A program made the position numbers and the translations under genes. Below are positions 1 to 8,639 of a stretch of DNA of 64,000 nucleotides, piece after piece. The DNA comes from a bacterium (GTDB lineage: Bacteria > Fidelibacterota > Fidelibacteria > Fidelibacterales > Fidelibacteraceae): contig OY781066.1 of the NCBI GenBank assembly GCA_963676395.1, forward strand, positions 192,001 to 256,000, given 5' to 3'. Under the pieces are notes generated by a model that was not told the origin of the DNA, did no database searches, and saw only the letters and a program-made list of their open reading frames with translations. Every line of letters begins with the position of its first letter. Position 1 is the first letter of the stretch.

Positions 1-196
1 ATCTGTATTCTATCGTGACTTTGGCAATAACCGGAAAGGTCTCCCATTCTTTTAGCATCTCAAAATCGAAACCTGCTTCCAGCATATAATCCCCGCGAGC
101 AGCTTCAAGATATTTTGCATAGGTTCCATTATTTACATGGCCAAATGAATCCAGTTCATATGATCGAACAACCAGTTTAGAATGCCATACTTTCAT
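1..196 (-). CDS. Acyl-CoA thioesterase (YbgC/FadM, 4HBT-like), partial, runs off the window start
   Basis: Manual translation MKVWHSKLVVRSYELDSFGHVNNGTYAKYLEAAR carries the hotdog thioesterase motif D-x-x-G-H-V-N-N; ATG overlaps the stop of the upstream MFS gene (ATGA). Confidence 0.85.
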   Translation of the reverse strand, partial: MKVWHSKLVVRSYELDSFGHVNNGTYAKYLEAARGDYMLEAGFDFEMLKEWETFPVIAKVTIEYR

Positions 197-1419
197 CGTG
201 CATGTTCTCCTTTTTTGAGATATAAATATAAAAAGCCAAAAAATGATATGACTCCAAATGAGGACATCGTTAACCAAAATAATTTCATATTCGGTATAAG
301 ATCCATCAATATACCTCCAATAAATGGCCCCAATGACCATCCCAAGGTTGAAATTGAGGAATAGATGCCCTGATACTTTCCATACAACTTACCTTTTGCC
401 ATATTGGAAGCAATGGTATTACCGCTGGGACCGGCGAACATTTCACCGAAGGTGATAAAAACCATGATAAACAGTAGCATACCAAAGGAATTAACCCACC
501 CCATAAGCGAATATGATACAACAAATAGGACTGAGCCTATCATTATGAGTACAAAATGATTGACTTTTTTCGTCCATTGGGTTACAAGATACTGAAAAAT
601 GATGACTAATGCTGCGTTAAAGGTATATACCCAGCCAATCTGAGAGGAAGTAAGTCCGATACTTTTATTCATGAATACCGACAATGTTGACACAAATTGC
701 CCCCAAGTCAAGAAAAGCATCAAGGTAACAGCACAAAAGAAAAAGAATAGCTTATCGCGCTTAAACGCGGCAGCCATAGCCGCGAGACCTCGCGGCCCTT
801 GTGCCGATACCTCGGCACGAGCAGGCCGTACGCTTTTCTCGGCGGTTTCTTTAATGGAAAAGATGACAAACAAACCTGATATAAGAAATGTTACAGCTGT
901 AAAATAAAACAAAGATTGATAGGAAATATCAAAAAGAAAACCGCCGATCGCGGGGCCGGTTCCCCATCCGATATTGCCGGCCATACGCATCAAGGCATAG
1001 CCGTTACTGCGCTCCTCCGGTTTTAAAATATCTGCGATCATGGCTGATGCCACAGGTTGGAAAAACGATGAGATCAAATACTGACTCAATATGATTCCCG
1101 CCAATAGCCACACATTCCAGCCTTTGCTTATAGCTATGCCGGCAATAAGAAATACAACGGCTCTTGAAAGTTGTGACCATATCATTAATCCCTTGCGACC
1201 GATAAAATCCGATGCGGCCCCGCCCACAGTTTGTGCAAGCGTACGGCCTATGGCTGCCGCAAGGAAAAAAAATGAGATATAAGTCATCGGTATATCCCTG
1301 ATAGTATTAAAATATACCGTCATAAAGGGAACCACCGCACCAAATCCCAGTGAATTGATGAGCCAACCCAACATCAAGGGATAGAGACGTTTATCAATAT
1401 TTTTAAGCGTAATTTTCAT
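193..1419 (-). CDS. Major facilitator superfamily transporter
   Basis: 408 aa, ~12 hydrophobic segments, MFS motif A-like GAASDFIGRK. Confidence 0.9.
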   Translation of the reverse strand: MKITLKNIDKRLYPLMLGWLINSLGFGAVVPFMTVYFNTIRDIPMTYISFFFLAAAIGRTLAQTVGGAASDFIGRKGLMIWSQLSRAVVFLIAGIAISKGWNVWLLAGIILSQYLISSFFQPVASAMIADILKPEERSNGYALMRMAGNIGWGTGPAIGGFLFDISYQSLFYFTAVTFLISGLFVIFSIKETAEKSVRPARAEVSAQGPRGLAAMAAAFKRDKLFFFFCAVTLMLFLTWGQFVSTLSVFMNKSIGLTSSQIGWVYTFNAALVIIFQYLVTQWTKKVNHFVLIMIGSVLFVVSYSLMGWVNSFGMLLFIMVFITFGEMFAGPSGNTIASNMAKGKLYGKYQGIYSSISTLGWSLGPFIGGILMDLIPNMKLFWLTMSSFGVISFFGFLYLYLKKGEHAR

Positions 1420-1467
1420 TCTTATATTTATATTGGACGATCGTATACATCCATTATATTATCAAAA

Positions 1468-2127
1468 TTATGAGTTCAATAGATTTTTCAAGGTCTGTGG
1501 ATTTATTTCATCGTATGATTCTATTATTAAATCGGCCTCTTGTATTACTTCTTTTGGAAAGGTGGTCGCGATGCCGATAACTTTTGCCCCTGATGCTTTT
1601 CCTGCACGAATTCCATTTAAAGAATCCTCAACAACAATACATTTTTCAATAGGAATACCTATTACCTCAGCTCCTTTTAGATAGGGTTCGGGGTGCGGTT
1701 TGGTATTCTCAACTTCCGAGGCCGTGATCATACCCGAAAAAATATAATCTACCGGTACATTATCAAATGTCCATTCCATAACATCTCGTCCAGTAGATGT
1801 CACGATCAGATCTTTAAATTCATCATTAACACAGGCGTAATAAAAATCCAAAAAACCGGGTACATATCGCATATTGGCTTTAAATTCATTGAAAAGATCA
1901 ATACGATATTCTTTTTTCACTTTCTCAACATCCATACTTGAGCCATATTTCTTATTGATATATTCAAAAACCGCCTTGACATCTTTACCTTTAAAAAAAA
2001 TCCAATCATCGTCAGATACTTTAATTCCATATTTGTCAAATTGGACCCGCATGGCTTTTTCATACAGGGGTTCCGAATCCACAACCACACCATCAAAGTC
2101 AAGTAACAATCCGTATTTCTTTTCCAT
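1468..2127 (-). CDS. HAD-family phosphatase (beta-phosphoglucomutase-like)
   Basis: Motif I DFDGVVVDSE, KPHPEPY, VEDSLNGIRAG. Confidence 0.9.
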   Translation of the reverse strand: MEKKYGLLLDFDGVVVDSEPLYEKAMRVQFDKYGIKVSDDDWIFFKGKDVKAVFEYINKKYGSSMDVEKVKKEYRIDLFNEFKANMRYVPGFLDFYYACVNDEFKDLIVTSTGRDVMEWTFDNVPVDYIFSGMITASEVENTKPHPEPYLKGAEVIGIPIEKCIVVEDSLNGIRAGKASGAKVIGIATTFPKEVIQEADLIIESYDEINPQTLKNLLNS

Positions 2128-2300
2128 TCTATCCTTCTATTTTGTATTGAAGAATATAGTTTTTTCAAAAATAAGAAGAAAGATTAAAGGAAAAAATATT
2201 AAGGAAAAGTAAAAACCCCGACCTTATTATGAACTTATATCAATATTTCCGGGGTTCAATTATTAAAAATAACCTAATTGTAGCAGTGCTGCAATTTATC

Positions 2301-2513
2301 TCATGATTTTTTCTTATACAAAATAGACATTGGCAATACAACAACATAACCAATTGTTAGAATTATGGGTGATACGTAAAGTGAAATTGCATCATATACA
2401 CCACCAACAGCCATAAATATATAGCCGACAATAATTGTAACAATAGCAGCCAAGAATATGTAAAGATTCGTTTTAGTCAAGCCAAGTGATTGAAAAAATT
2501 CGTTTGTGGTCAT
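2301..2513 (-). CDS. Small two-TM membrane protein (DUF3098-like)
   Basis: 70 aa, pattern 'NLYIF...IIVGYIFM...SPIILTIGYVVV'. Confidence 0.6.
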   Translation of the reverse strand: MTTNEFFQSLGLTKTNLYIFLAAIVTIIVGYIFMAVGGVYDAISLYVSPIILTIGYVVVLPMSILYKKKS

Positions 2514-2625
2514 GTTATATTCCTTATTTCTTTCGTGCGTAAAATACGATATTGTGGATTGTAGAGCAAGCGGAAATAATTAAATCAAGCCATAGGGAAA
2601 AGCTGCGACCGTTTCTTACTCAAAT

Positions 2626-3681
2626 TCAAAATTTCTTAACCATTTCCACCAATATATCAACAATGCCTTCTATTGGATATAATCCCTTTTTGTTCCCTTT
2701 TTCGAAAAGCAAAACCTTCCCTTCACCCGCGCCCGCAATTCCAATATCTGCTTCACGGGCTTCACCGGGACCATTTACAACACAGCCCATAACGGCTACC
2801 GTCATATCTTTATCTATGCCTTCAAGTCGCTCTTCAACATCTCGGGCTATCGTCTCAAGATCGAATACAGTTCTTCCACAAGTGGGGCAAGAGATCACCC
2901 TCACCGCATCTTTACGTAAACCCAATGCTTGCAATATGCCTTTTGCTACAGATATCTCTTTAACAGGATCTGTCGAAAGTGAAACTCTAATCGTATCACC
3001 TATGCCCTCTGCCAGTAGCGTGCCAATCCCAATCGCAGAGCGAAGTGAGCCGCTTTTTTCGGTACCCGATTCGGTAACACCTAGATGAAGAGGATAATCA
3101 TATGTTTTTGAGAACAATCGATTAGCTTCTATCATCGTCATCACATCTGATGCTTTAATGGAAACCAATAAATTATCAAAACCATGCCGTTCACATATCT
3201 TGATATGCTTCATAGCAGATTCAAGCAAAGCCTGAGGTGTGGGATGCCCATACTTCTTGAGAAGTGATTTTTCAAGCGATCCGGCATTTACGCCGATCCG
3301 AATTGGAACATTTTTTTTACTGCAGGCATCAAGAATAGTCTTAACTTTTTCTTCGGAACCGATATTTCCGGGATTAATCCGAATCTTATCCGCGCCGGCA
3401 TCTAAGGCACCTAAGGCCAGTGAATGGTCAAAATGTATATCTGCTACAAGAGGTATACTGATGCGCTTCTTTATTGCGGCAAAGGCCGAAACGGATTCTT
3501 TATTTGGTACCGCCATGCGAACGATTTCACAACCCGCTGTTTCTAGTTGCCATATTTGATCGATACAGGCCTCCACATCGGTAGAACTTGTATTGATCAT
3601 GCTTTGAATGCTCACGGAAGCATCACCACCGATGTAGATATTGCCGATTTTGATTTTTCTTGTTTGTTTACGTTTGATCAT
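2626..3681 (-). CDS. ispG: 4-hydroxy-3-methylbut-2-en-1-yl diphosphate synthase (flavodoxin)
   Basis: PLVADIHFD, RINPGNIG, IGDTIRVSL, SCPTCGR, MGCVVNGPGEA. Confidence 0.97.
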   Translation of the reverse strand: MIKRKQTRKIKIGNIYIGGDASVSIQSMINTSSTDVEACIDQIWQLETAGCEIVRMAVPNKESVSAFAAIKKRISIPLVADIHFDHSLALGALDAGADKIRINPGNIGSEEKVKTILDACSKKNVPIRIGVNAGSLEKSLLKKYGHPTPQALLESAMKHIKICERHGFDNLLVSIKASDVMTMIEANRLFSKTYDYPLHLGVTESGTEKSGSLRSAIGIGTLLAEGIGDTIRVSLSTDPVKEISVAKGILQALGLRKDAVRVISCPTCGRTVFDLETIARDVEERLEGIDKDMTVAVMGCVVNGPGEAREADIGIAGAGEGKVLLFEKGNKKGLYPIEGIVDILVEMVKKF

Positions 3682-3700
3682 GAATGAATATATGAAAAAC

Positions 3701-3741
3701 AGAAGCCAGAAGCCAGAAGTTAGAGGTCAGAACTAGAAATT
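3701..3741. repeat. Degenerate heptamer tandem repeat (AGAAGCC/AGAAGTT/AGAGGTC)
   Basis: About six units read directly between ispG and the SGNH gene. Confidence 0.6.
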
Positions 3742-3841
3742 CGGGAATCGGTTTGAAGAGCAAGAAAATGAATTGTAAAAAATTATTCACTATCGTATCT
3801 TAGAAAGCAAACAGTCCATTAAACATGAATAGGTACGAATT

Positions 3842-4570
3842 ATGACAGCACGTAAAATTTTCCTCTTTTATTTCTTTCTCATTGTGATTGTGTTAACGGG
3901 ATGCGCAACAAACCCACCAACGCTTGATAACCTCTATCCCTCCGAAGATCAGGTTATTCAGTATCACTCCAAATGGACCAAGATCACCTATCCCAAACGG
4001 ATCAAAGCATTCAAAGAAGATCCATTGCAACGCGGTGATATTGTTTTCCTGGGGAATAGTATTACACAAAACGGCGGTGACTGGAGTGCTAAGTTCGAAC
4101 GTAGCGATGTGAAAAACCGCGGGATCAGCGGCGATGTGACGGATGGCGTTCTGGCTCGGCTCGGTGAGATCTGTCACGCCAAACCCAAAGCCGTTTTCCT
4201 GATGATCGGGATCAACGATATTTACAACTGGTACAATGAATGGGGCATCCCCTCACCCGAATATGTAGGTCAAAACATTCCCAAGATCGCTGAAGCGATC
4301 CATAAAGGAAGTCCCCGAACAAAAATATATGTTCAAACGGTCCTCCCCACCGATTTCGAGCCGGTGAAAGAGGCAATCTTAACGGTCAATAAAATGATCA
4401 AGTCGCACGAATCGAAAGGCCATTATCAAGTCATCGACCTTTACGCGGCCTTTGCAGATACAAGCGGACTGATCAAGCCCGAGCTGACAAACGATGGAAC
4501 GCATTTGACTGCTGAAGGTTATCATGTGTGGACGACTCTAATAGACTCGCTAATAAACAATCAACCATAA
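3842..4570 (+). CDS. SGNH/GDSL-family hydrolase lipoprotein
   Basis: Lipobox LTGC; blocks FLGNSIT, NRGISGD, MIGIND, DGTH. Confidence 0.88.
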   Translation: MTARKIFLFYFFLIVIVLTGCATNPPTLDNLYPSEDQVIQYHSKWTKITYPKRIKAFKEDPLQRGDIVFLGNSITQNGGDWSAKFERSDVKNRGISGDVTDGVLARLGEICHAKPKAVFLMIGINDIYNWYNEWGIPSPEYVGQNIPKIAEAIHKGSPRTKIYVQTVLPTDFEPVKEAILTVNKMIKSHESKGHYQVIDLYAAFADTSGLIKPELTNDGTHLTAEGYHVWTTLIDSLINNQP

Positions 4571-4583
4571 TCAATACGAGATA

Positions 4584-5600
4584 ATGAAATTTTTATTAAA
4601 ATCACTTCCATTGCTCTTACTTTTTAGCATTCTTGCTATTGCCCAAACTTATCCAAATAATGAGGATGGTCAATATCAAGACATGCTCACGCCAGAGTAT
4701 TACAATTCAGCGCAAGCGAGTGATTTTCGACTTGAGCTTAATAAATTCGTACATTTTGCTCGGCAAATTCCCTTTCAGCATCCTTTTAAAGATTCATTGG
4801 GCTCAATACCCTCTTATAACATTAATCGAGGTTTTGGTGATATTATTGGTACAGCTGCTTTCGGTACCCACCACCCGGCATATGATTACTATCCTGCAGA
4901 AAATGCCACTAATACCTATTTATATGCGGCACATGATGGCTTAATTAGTACGGACAATGATGCAGATAGATACAGACATTATATAGCCATCACCAAAGAC
5001 GTCAGTGATTCTCTTGGACATATTATTGGCAAGATAATGACCCTTTATGGGCATGTAGATTTAGATTTTGATTTAGCAGACGGCTTAGATCTTGAGGGGC
5101 AATATGTTCAAAAGGGAGATATAATTTCCAAACACTTATATTCAGGTACAATGGGAGGTCCGCATCTGCATTTTGAGATACGTTACTATCGTCCAAACGA
5201 TACCGGCTCAGAAGACTTTTACGGTGGCCAGGTAGGCGATAAAACTGCTCCCTCATCAGGAATTTGGACGAAAGGTTATTGGAATCCCAGCGAAGGTTAC
5301 GGCTTTGCACATCCACTCAATCATTTAAACTATATAAACTCAGCAATAGCTCAAACACAATCTCATCCCTCTATCTCTATCTTCCCTAACCCAAGTAATG
5401 ATCTTCTCAACATTAAATTAGATCAAGCGATGGGCAATAAACTCGTCAGCATTTACAATTTAGCCGGACGAAAAGTTTACCAAAATAATTACAGCCAGAA
5501 CAGCGAGATACAGATTAATATCAAAAATTTAGCAAGGGGTATTTATCTTGTAAATATCTATAATAATGGACAAAAGTTTACGCATAAATTTTTTAAATAG
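4584..5600 (+). CDS. Secreted M23-family metallopeptidase with Por/T9SS-like C-terminal domain
   Basis: Signal peptide; HPAYD (HxxxD), YGH, GPHLHFEIR; C-terminal IFPNP...GIYLVNI. Confidence 0.8.
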   Translation: MKFLLKSLPLLLLFSILAIAQTYPNNEDGQYQDMLTPEYYNSAQASDFRLELNKFVHFARQIPFQHPFKDSLGSIPSYNINRGFGDIIGTAAFGTHHPAYDYYPAENATNTYLYAAHDGLISTDNDADRYRHYIAITKDVSDSLGHIIGKIMTLYGHVDLDFDLADGLDLEGQYVQKGDIISKHLYSGTMGGPHLHFEIRYYRPNDTGSEDFYGGQVGDKTAPSSGIWTKGYWNPSEGYGFAHPLNHLNYINSAIAQTQSHPSISIFPNPSNDLLNIKLDQAMGNKLVSIYNLAGRKVYQNNYSQNSEIQINIKNLARGIYLVNIYNNGQKFTHKFFK

Positions 5601-5622
5601 ATATTGCATCTTGTGACACTAA

Positions 5623-5650
5623 ACGAGTTACGAGTTATGCATTACGGTTA
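5623..5650. repeat. Short heptamer tandem repeat (ACGAGTT-like x4)
   Basis: acgagtt acgagtt atgcatt acggtta. Confidence 0.45.
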
Positions 5651-5710
5651 AGATCATGGCGACGCATTTTTAAGTTAATTGAAGAAATATATTATGATGG
5701 AATATATTTT

Positions 5711-6601
5711 ATGAAAAAACCAATATTATTATTAGAAAGCAATTTAATAAAACCATTAGAATTGGCTTTAAAAAGAATTAATGATATTAAAAATAATAAA
5801 ATTGCCAATCATGATGAAATTATATACGAAGGATTGTTTATATTAGCTGTTACCTCATTTGAAAATTCTATTCTTGATACTCTCAAAATTCTTTTTACTC
5901 ATATTCCACATAAATTAGATATTAAATCCAATAATATACCCAAGGAAATTTTATTAGATGAAAAAGCGCTAGAATATTCAATTGAAGATAAAATTAATTC
6001 ATTAGGATATAAAAATATTGATGAAATACTAGATTATTTTTATAATAAAACAGGATTAAGTAATGATCTTATCAATTCAAATACTATCAATGATATTAAA
6101 GAAATTAAGGCTACACGAAATATTCTAATTCATAATAATCTTTTTATAAATAATGTTTATAAAAATACCGCAGGTCCTCATCAAAGAAAGAGTAATAATA
6201 ACAAATTATTAATTAACAGGGAATATCTTATTCATACAATAAATACAATTGAGGATACTGTAAAAATATTTATAAAGAATCTATCTAATAAGTATAAATG
6301 TTATACGAAAATCCAAGCAACTAGAAACTTATTTAATTACTTGTTTAACACCCCATTATTGTGTTTTGATGATATTTTTATTTTCAATTACGAACAAGAT
6401 TATATAACTGGTGTAAATTCTAAAATAATAAATTCACTTAATACACTTTCATCTTCAGAAAAACTATTATTTAATTTATGGATAGCACATTTCAAGAATG
6501 ATCCTTTTGAATTCAAGGGTAGTTGGTTATATCACTTAAGTGAAAGCACAAAAAATAAATTAGATTTTTTAATTTCAAACATTGATTTGCTAAAATCTTA
6601 G
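5711..6601 (+). CDS. Putative HEPN-domain protein (candidate RNase toxin/defence effector)
   Basis: N-terminal helix 'LAVTSFE' plus R-x4-H motif 'RNILIH'; strongly AT-rich relative to neighbours. Confidence 0.6.
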   Translation: MKKPILLLESNLIKPLELALKRINDIKNNKIANHDEIIYEGLFILAVTSFENSILDTLKILFTHIPHKLDIKSNNIPKEILLDEKALEYSIEDKINSLGYKNIDEILDYFYNKTGLSNDLINSNTINDIKEIKATRNILIHNNLFINNVYKNTAGPHQRKSNNNKLLINREYLIHTINTIEDTVKIFIKNLSNKYKCYTKIQATRNLFNYLFNTPLLCFDDIFIFNYEQDYITGVNSKIINSLNTLSSSEKLLFNLWIAHFKNDPFEFKGSWLYHLSESTKNKLDFLISNIDLLKS

Positions 6602-6654
6602 AACAAAACATATTGATTAGATTATTTAATAACACTTTTATTAGTGGAGGCAAT

Positions 6655-7482
6655 ATGAGCAACAACCTCATCAAACGCATCATTCGCGGGCAATCCGTAT
6701 CGGACGGTGCCGGCGTAAAGTTGAACCGGCTGATCGCATCAGCCAAGGTTGACAATATCGATCCCTTTTTCCTGCTGGACGAGTTCCGCAGCGATGATCC
6801 TAATGATTATATCGCAGGTTTCCCCATGCATCCGCATCGCGGGATCGAGACGATCACGTATATGATCGAGGGCAGTTTTACGCACCGGGACAGCCGTGGC
6901 GGCGGCGGGGTTTTAAAATCCGGGGAGGTCCAATGGATGACCGCTGGCAAGGGCATCCTTCACGAAGAAATGCCGGCCATGGAAAGCGGCCACTTGTGGG
7001 GCTACCAGCTATGGCTGAACCTGCCAAAAAAGCTCAAATGGGTAGAACCCGCCTACCAGCATCTCGGCAAAGAGGATATTCCCGTATTTGAAAAAGACGG
7101 TCAAAGAGTCGTGATCATTTCAGGTGAATACGAAGGATTGAAAGGACCGGCCAGCAATCATGTGCCCTCAGAGTATTATGATGTGTATATTGACGAGGGA
7201 AAATCATTCCAATTGCAATTGAAAAAAGGATTTACGTCCCTGATCTATGTCCACAGCGGCAAGATCGAGATCGACGATCAAACCATCGAGGCCAAAAATA
7301 TGGTGGAATTGAATGATGATCAACCTCTTAACGTCAAAGCCCTTGATGATAAAGCCGGATTTCTTTTCCTCTCGGCCATTCCCAATAACGAGCCCTATTA
7401 CCGCGGCGGTCCCTTTGTGATGAACACTCGCGAGGAGATCATGCAGGCCTTTGATGATTATCAGAATGGGAAGTTGTTTTAG
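6655..7482 (+). CDS. Pirin-family protein
   Basis: DPFFLLDEF, GFPMHPHRGIETITY, QWMTAGKGILHEEMP, GPFVMNT; GGAGG RBS before ATG 6655. Confidence 0.95.
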   Translation: MSNNLIKRIIRGQSVSDGAGVKLNRLIASAKVDNIDPFFLLDEFRSDDPNDYIAGFPMHPHRGIETITYMIEGSFTHRDSRGGGGVLKSGEVQWMTAGKGILHEEMPAMESGHLWGYQLWLNLPKKLKWVEPAYQHLGKEDIPVFEKDGQRVVIISGEYEGLKGPASNHVPSEYYDVYIDEGKSFQLQLKKGFTSLIYVHSGKIEIDDQTIEAKNMVELNDDQPLNVKALDDKAGFLFLSAIPNNEPYYRGGPFVMNTREEIMQAFDDYQNGKLF

Positions 7483-8161
7483 ATGCCGCTCCTACGGAGC
7501 TTGATTTTAATTTTATTCTATTTCTCTACAAAGTTATCGTCCCTATGGGACTTAAGGATGTCGCTCCTATGGAGCTATTGTTGTTGATTCGTTGTTCCCT
7601 ACAAAGATATCGTCCCTATGGGACTGTAAGTTTCACTCCTATGGAGTGATTTAATTATTGGGAATACCATTTTACAGATATTCCCCTAGGGGACTTAAAA
7701 GATGTCGCTTCTACGGAGCCTGTTTGTTCATTCGTTCTTTCCTACAAAGATGTCGTCCCTACTGGACTAACGAGAGATCACCTCTAGGGAGCTTTGTTAA
7801 TTGTGTCATTTCCATTTTCCTATTCCCTCCCTCTTGGACTGTTTGTACCGCTCCTGGGGAGTCAATCCCTTAATTACAGATTGTAAATTAAATAACAATA
7901 TTAATTCATTGTAAATATTTATTAATAAGCCCCGTAGGGGCGGAATATCTGTAGATATTATTTCTTAAAATACCACCAGCGCCGTAGGTGCTGTACTAAT
8001 TATTTCTATTTTTCGTTTCCTATAAAGATGTCGCTCCTGCGGAGCTTATCGTTTTACATTATAATTGTTATTAAACATGATAATAAAGTCCCGTAGGGAC
8101 GGAATCTTTGTAGAATACAATTATAAGTAAAATTTCAGCTCCGTAGGAGCGGAATCTTTGT
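7482..8161. repeat. REP-like hairpin array left of tnpA: alternating A (GCTCCTAYGGAGC) and B (GTCCCTAYGGGAC) units, plus inverted copies near the gene
   Basis: A at 7488, 7563, 7635, 7707, 7780, 7850; B at 7539, 7612, 7681, 7755, 7827; inverted copies at 7929, 7979, 8088, 8138; forward A at 8033. Confidence 0.9.
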
Positions 8162-8623
8162 TTATTCAAACCATTCAAATAAGTATTCATCATTATATTT
8201 AATATCAAATTTGTTCAAAATCTCTAAATATTCTTCTTTAAAAGACTTCTTTTTATGATGTTCTGTTTGATTCAATATGTAATTTATAACTGAATCAATT
8301 TGTGACCTGAAATATGAAAATACCCCAAATCCATTCTGCCATTTAAATTTACCCTGAAACCAATTACTCTGATTTATCCATTTTGAAGAACTGGCTTTTA
8401 TTACACGTGCTATTTCAGATGCAGAAATATTTGGATCCAATCCAATTAACATGTGTGCATGATCGGGATTACAATAAATTGCCAGTAATTTGGAGTTCAT
8501 ATTTTTTACTATCCCCGTTATATATTTTTCTAATTCATCTCTATATTTTTCTTTTATTAGATTTTCCCACTGTTTAACGGAAAATATAATCTGAATATAA
8601 ATCTGTGAATAGGTATTTGCCAT
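8162..8623 (-). CDS. tnpA: IS200/IS605-family Y1 HUH transposase (TnpA; REP-associated/RAYT-like)
   Basis: MANTYSQIYIQIIFSVK start, HUH motif DHAH, WQNGFGVFS, catalytic Y in YILNQ; AGAAAGGAG RBS before ATG 8623. Confidence 0.92.
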   Translation of the reverse strand: MANTYSQIYIQIIFSVKQWENLIKEKYRDELEKYITGIVKNMNSKLLAIYCNPDHAHMLIGLDPNISASEIARVIKASSSKWINQSNWFQGKFKWQNGFGVFSYFRSQIDSVINYILNQTEHHKKKSFKEEYLEILNKFDIKYNDEYLFEWFE

Positions 8624-8639
8624 TTTGTTCTCCTTTCTA

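Noticed and set aside
2552..3559. Antisense ORFs over ispG (and similar shadow ORFs over topA, glgP, deoC, mscS and others)
   Set aside because: They lie opposite or inside well-supported conserved genes and have no protein-family features.
5600..5710. Possible integron attC site (GTTATGC) before the HEPN-like gene
   Set aside because: No matching inverse core or extended palindrome, and no integrase; better explained as a heptamer repeat.
7658..7873. 71-aa ORF within the left array, and the 20-codon N-terminal extension of tnpA to 8683
   Set aside because: Both are translations of repeat DNA; tnpA has a good RBS at the MANTY start (8623).
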